Below are positions 36,752 to 40,226 of a stretch of DNA of 40,226 nt, in pieces. Made by a program: the position numbers and the translations under genes. Every line of letters begins with the position of its first letter. Positions within the stretch are counted from its first letter, which is position 1. The stretch is from an uncultured bacterium (GTDB lineage: Bacteria > Bacteroidota > Bacteroidia > 2-12-FULL-35-15), in assembly GCA_964014945.1 (NCBI GenBank), contig CAXHCC010000002.1:1-40226 (forward strand), written 5' to 3'. Below the pieces are notes generated by a model. That model searched no databases, was not told the origin of the DNA, and worked only from the letters and a program-made list of their open reading frames with translations.

Positions 36752-38380
36752 TTATGGATTTTTAAACTCTGCCTTAGGTCCTAAATAATACCACCAGTTA
36801 AGTACCGCACATAATGCATAAAACACTGCAAACCCATAAAGTGCATATTCTGGAGTTGTTGCTTTCATTTGCTCACCAATAACTTTTGGAATTAAGAAAG
36901 CACCATAAGCAGCAACTGCAGAAGTCCAACCTAATACCGGCCCCCGCTGCTCTTCATTAAATACACCTGTTATAGTTTTAAATGTAGAACCATTACCAAT
37001 ACCTGTTGCTGCAAATAGTATTACTATAAGAACAAAGAATTTGATAAAATAATCCTGTGGTGTTTCTGATTGGTAAGCTAGCTGCATGTAGTATCCAACA
37101 CCAAGCGATGCCAATACCATTACAATAGCCACCCATTGAGTTACAATAGCACCACCTACTTTATCAGCAATAGCACCACCTACAGGTCTAATTAAAGCAC
37201 CCACAAAGGCACCAACCCACACCCACATAAAGGTAACTGGCCCATCAGGGTTAGCCATTGAGTGTGTCATAACCCCATCTACTTCTACGTGCGATACACC
37301 AAAAATAAACTTGATAGATAAACCTACAGCGTTGGCAAACCCAATAAATGAACCAAAAGTCATTACATAAATAATGGTCATTACCCAGGTGTGTTTGTTG
37401 TCAAATATTTTATACTGCCGTTGTAAGTTTGCTTTAATTTCTCCAGGAGAAAGTATTTTCATTAAGAACACACATAAAGCAATTACCGATGGAAGCACTA
37501 CCCATTTTACCCACGTTTCTTGTTTAAATGTAATGATGAAATACAAACCAATTGCTGCAGAAACGAATCCAATGATTAATAACCAGGTCATTCGCCCAAA
37601 AGAAACTAAAGGGTTGCCAATTTTTGGTGAAACAGCTTCCGTACGAATGTTATTCATACCAAACCAGCCAGCAAAGGCCAAAGGTATTAACCACAACATC
37701 CACACCCAACCAGCGTTTGAGAGCCAAGTGTCAGAACCAGCAGCCACCCGTTTAAAAATGGTACCACTTGCACTGGTTAACTCCATTGCATCACCACTTA
37801 ACGCTCCTAACATTGGAAAGGTCATACAAAGCGGTATTAATATTTGCATGGTGGTAACACCAAAATTACCCAAACCAGCATTTAAGCCTAAAGCCAAACC
37901 TTGTTGTTTTTTTGGATAAAAGAAAGAGATGTTACTCATGGAAGAGGCAAAGTTACCACCACCAAAACCAGATAAAAATGCCATTACCATAAAGAAGCCA
38001 AACGGTGTATTAGGATCTTGCAAACCAATGGCTGCACCCGTTGCTGGAATCATTAATAAGGCCGTTGTAAAGAAAATAGTATTTCTACCACCTGCTAAAC
38101 GAATAAAAAAGGTACTTGGAATACGCTGCGTTGCACCAGTAAAACCAGCAATAGCAGGCAGCATAAACAATAATGCCTTTGCTTCTTCAGGCGATTTACC
38201 AAAGGTAAATCCTAAATTTTTCATTTGCACGGTAATAATACCCCACATTAACCATACGGCGAAACCTACCAAAAGGCTAGGGATTGAGATCCACAAGTTT
38301 CGAGAAGCGATTTTTTTTCCTTCCGACTCCCAAAACTGTTCGTCTTCCGGGTTCCACTCCATTAAATCTTTGTTCGACAT
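36752..38380 (-). CDS. narK: MFS nitrate/nitrite transporter, E. coli NarK type
   Basis: WNPEDEQFWESEGKKIASRNLWISIPSLLVGFAVW closely parallels the E. coli NarK N-terminus. It also has GGNFASSMSNISFFYPK and GLNAGLGNFG NNP signatures. I prefer the ATG at 38380 to the upstream ORF extension. Confidence 0.9.
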   Translation of the reverse strand: MSNKDLMEWNPEDEQFWESEGKKIASRNLWISIPSLLVGFAVWLMWGIITVQMKNLGFTFGKSPEEAKALLFMLPAIAGFTGATQRIPSTFFIRLAGGRNTIFFTTALLMIPATGAAIGLQDPNTPFGFFMVMAFLSGFGGGNFASSMSNISFFYPKKQQGLALGLNAGLGNFGVTTMQILIPLCMTFPMLGALSGDAMELTSASGTIFKRVAAGSDTWLSNAGWVWMLWLIPLAFAGWFGMNNIRTEAVSPKIGNPLVSFGRMTWLLIIGFVSAAIGLYFIITFKQETWVKWVVLPSVIALCVFLMKILSPGEIKANLQRQYKIFDNKHTWVMTIIYVMTFGSFIGFANAVGLSIKFIFGVSHVEVDGVMTHSMANPDGPVTFMWVWVGAFVGALIRPVGGAIADKVGGAIVTQWVAIVMVLASLGVGYYMQLAYQSETPQDYFIKFFVLIVILFAATGIGNGSTFKTITGVFNEEQRGPVLGWTSAVAAYGAFLIPKVIGEQMKATTPEYALYGFAVFYALCAVLNWWYYLGPKAEFKNP

Positions 38381-38443
38381 TTTTTGTGTTTTTAAGTTAG
38401 TACGCGTGATTGTTAGTTTACTGAGGTAAATGTAGTACAGCAA

Positions 38444-38470
38444 AACATATTCCTATATGATATTAATCAT
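38444..38470 (-). promoter_or_regulatory. Shared nar-cluster upstream motif, copy C, overlapping an FNR/Crp-like box ATGAT-ATTA-ATCAT
   Basis: AACATATTCCTATATGAT lies at 38444-38461 and TGAT-N4-ATCA at 38457-38470. The box is centred about 83 nt upstream of the narK ATG. Confidence 0.45.
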
Positions 38471-38510
38471 TGGATTTACTGCTACTCGTCACATAACAAG
38501 AAGTTTGATG

Positions 38511-38551
38511 TCCTTAAAAAAGGAAAGGGAGCATTAAATATTAATGCTCCC
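38511..38551 (-). terminator. Rho-independent, possibly bidirectional, terminator after the NNP transporter gene
   Basis: 11-bp stem GGGAGCATTAA/TTAATGCTCCC at 38527-38551, flanked by an A-run on one side and a T-run on the other. Confidence 0.7.
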
Positions 38552-38612
38552 TTTTAATACTTGCAATTCATGAAACTTTTCTGGAATCAAGAAGTGCTCA
38601 TTTCGAATGTTC

Positions 38613-40175
38613 TTATTCGTCGCTAAAAGAATCTTTTGGTTCTTCCAACATTAATGCACAGAATAAGAAACTTATACCTGCGCCTGCCGCCACCACATAA
38701 AAGAAGGTTTTAGCATCTACGAAAGAGTATATTGTTAAGTAGGTTACCGCACCTACGTTACCGTATGCGCCAGCCATACCTGCAATTTTTCCTTGAATTT
38801 TGTGGTTGATAAGTGGTACAAAAGCAAAGGTAGCACCCTCAGCTCCTTGCACAAACATAGAGCAAGCCATGGTTATGATAACAGAAACTACCAACCACCA
38901 TACACCACTAAACTGCGGTAATAATGTTTGTACACCTTCTACTATTGGACCATACTTTGGTATAATAGCCATGCAAAAGAAACCTACAGTAATACCTAAC
39001 ATATAAATAAGCATGGTTCTTTTTCTACTCGACATGTGATCGGATAAATAACCACCCAAAGGACGAGCAACCAGGTTAATAAATGCAAATGAACCTGCTA
39101 CCAAACCTGCCATCGTTACCGTCATAATTTTTTCTCCTTCAGCATTACGCAATGGCTCAAATACGGTTAAGAAAAACCATGGTAACATTGATACAACCGC
39201 TAACTCTGCACCAAAATTGGCGAAGTAGGTACTGTTTAAGGCTGCCACACTACTCCAAGGATACTTTTCCTCTTCCGGCACTCCTTTTTTAAGTGCTGGT
39301 AAGTTTTCTTTTAAAATACCATATACCGTGTATAAATACCACAAGCCAAGTACTACATAAATAGCGTTAACAATGGTAGCCGACAACATTGGTTTTCCAT
39401 CAACATCCATCCCACCTAATTTCCATGTTAAAATACCAAGGGCACCGTACAATGGAAACGACCAAACGATGTATTGAATTAAATCTTTATAGCTCGAAAC
39501 CGGCATAGCGCCCATTTTTTTTGCCGCAACAAAGTGGTAATCTTTAGTGGCGCCTTCTTTTGGCAAATCACGTGCTGCAAAGTAATAGAATACGCCATAA
39601 ACCGCACACAAAATTGAGCTAGATGCTAAAGACCATCTCCAACCATCATCACCTCCAAAAACGGTAAAAGCAATAACTGGTATTAAACCTGCTGCAGCTG
39701 CAGAACCAAAGTTACCCCAGCCTGCATAAAAACCTTCTGCTTTACCAATGTGTTTTGGCGGAAACCACTGACCCGTCATTCTAATACCAATAACAAAACC
39801 GGCACCAATAACACTTAAGAACAATCTAGACACTACTAGCTGTATAAACGTGTCACCAAATGCAAAAAACAATCCTGGAATGGCCATTAACACCATTAAA
39901 ATACCAAACACTCTTCTTGGTCCAAACTTATCTACCATAGAACCAATAATTACCCTACCTGGTATGGTTAGTGCCACGTTACAAATTAGTAAGGTTTTAA
40001 TGTGCTTTTTTGTAAGAAAATCTAAATCCTCCAAAATGGTACTGGCCAGTGGAGCAAAGTTAAACCACACAAAAAACGTTAAAAAGAATGCAATCCACGT
40101 TAAGTGAAGAATTCTTATTTCTTCTTTAGAAAAATCAAACAATCTGAATTTTCCATCATCAATTGTTGTTGCCAT
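38613..40175 (-). CDS. MFS nitrate/nitrite porter (NNP) family transporter, NarK1/NrtP-like
   Basis: 12-TM MFS protein of 520 aa with the NNP signature YAGWGNFGSAAAG and a GAGFVIGIRMTGQWFPPK block. Confidence 0.8.
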   Translation of the reverse strand: MATTIDDGKFRLFDFSKEEIRILHLTWIAFFLTFFVWFNFAPLASTILEDLDFLTKKHIKTLLICNVALTIPGRVIIGSMVDKFGPRRVFGILMVLMAIPGLFFAFGDTFIQLVVSRLFLSVIGAGFVIGIRMTGQWFPPKHIGKAEGFYAGWGNFGSAAAAGLIPVIAFTVFGGDDGWRWSLASSSILCAVYGVFYYFAARDLPKEGATKDYHFVAAKKMGAMPVSSYKDLIQYIVWSFPLYGALGILTWKLGGMDVDGKPMLSATIVNAIYVVLGLWYLYTVYGILKENLPALKKGVPEEEKYPWSSVAALNSTYFANFGAELAVVSMLPWFFLTVFEPLRNAEGEKIMTVTMAGLVAGSFAFINLVARPLGGYLSDHMSSRKRTMLIYMLGITVGFFCMAIIPKYGPIVEGVQTLLPQFSGVWWLVVSVIITMACSMFVQGAEGATFAFVPLINHKIQGKIAGMAGAYGNVGAVTYLTIYSFVDAKTFFYVVAAGAGISFLFCALMLEEPKDSFSDE

Positions 40176-40205
40176 AATAATTTATTGTTTGTTGTAATTG
40201 TTATT

Positions 40206-40226
40206 AACATGTTTATTATATGATGG
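40206..40226 (-). promoter_or_regulatory. Shared nar-cluster upstream motif, copy B (AACATGTTTATTATATGATG), cut by the window end
   Basis: It lies 31-50 nt upstream of the transporter ATG. It differs from 32630-32648 by a single 1-nt indel. Confidence 0.45.

Noticed and set aside
38381-38443. 21-codon N-terminal extension of the narK ORF (MLYYIYLSKLTITRTNLKTQK).
   Set aside because: The internal ATG at 38380 gives an N-terminus that aligns with E. coli-type NarK. The extension would also run right up to the conserved upstream motif.
1-40226. Scan for CRISPR arrays, tRNA/rRNA genes, and integrase, transposase or phage genes.
   Set aside because: I saw no regularly spaced repeats, no cloverleaf-like GC-rich segments in the intergenic DNA, and no recombinase-like ORFs among the translated frames.

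Overview
The window looks like a low-GC Bacteroidota-type draft or metagenome contig. Supporting signs are TAnnTTTG -7 promoter boxes, no obvious Shine-Dalgarno sites, a CarboxypepD_reg-type TonB receptor and a DUF3108 protein. Bases 11-44 are an Illumina Nextera adapter, so the left end is a library artefact that truncates an acyl-CoA dehydrogenase gene.

Layout by region:
- 1-15.8 kb: ordinary metabolic and envelope genes. These are two tandem ACADs, DUF3108, an SDR, a DtxR/MntR-type repressor divergent from a TonB receptor plus thioredoxin-like pair, an ACC-deaminase-family PLP enzyme, a fructosamine kinase, a lyso-lipid acyltransferase, and an OMP / FGE-like lipoprotein / SAM-methyltransferase trio.
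- 15.8-18.3 kb: a minus-strand signalling operon of a PAS histidine kinase, a CheY-like REC protein and an unusual REC-Crp/Fnr hybrid regulator.
- 18.7-23.9 kb: a TetR / ABC / HlyD / TolC export system whose ABC ATPase motifs are largely degenerate.
- 24.5-40.2 kb (all minus strand): a dissimilatory nitrate-respiration cluster. The order is an NNP-type nitrate transporter, an E. coli-type narK, a three-gene cassette, a NarC-like di-haem cytochrome c, then narG, narH, narJ and narI.

The best candidate for an undescribed system is the three-gene cassette inside the nar cluster. It encodes a 2-TM protein, a CBS-DUF294 nucleotidyltransferase and a membrane HAMP/PAS-coupled DEDD 3'-5' exonuclease.

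Other notable points:
- A shared ~19-nt motif with TGAT-N4-ATCA-like boxes lies upstream of three nar transcription units.
- A 152-bp duplication of the narI 3' end plus its terminator lies 280 bp downstream of the gene.

I recognised no rRNA, tRNA, CRISPR array, transposase or integrase.
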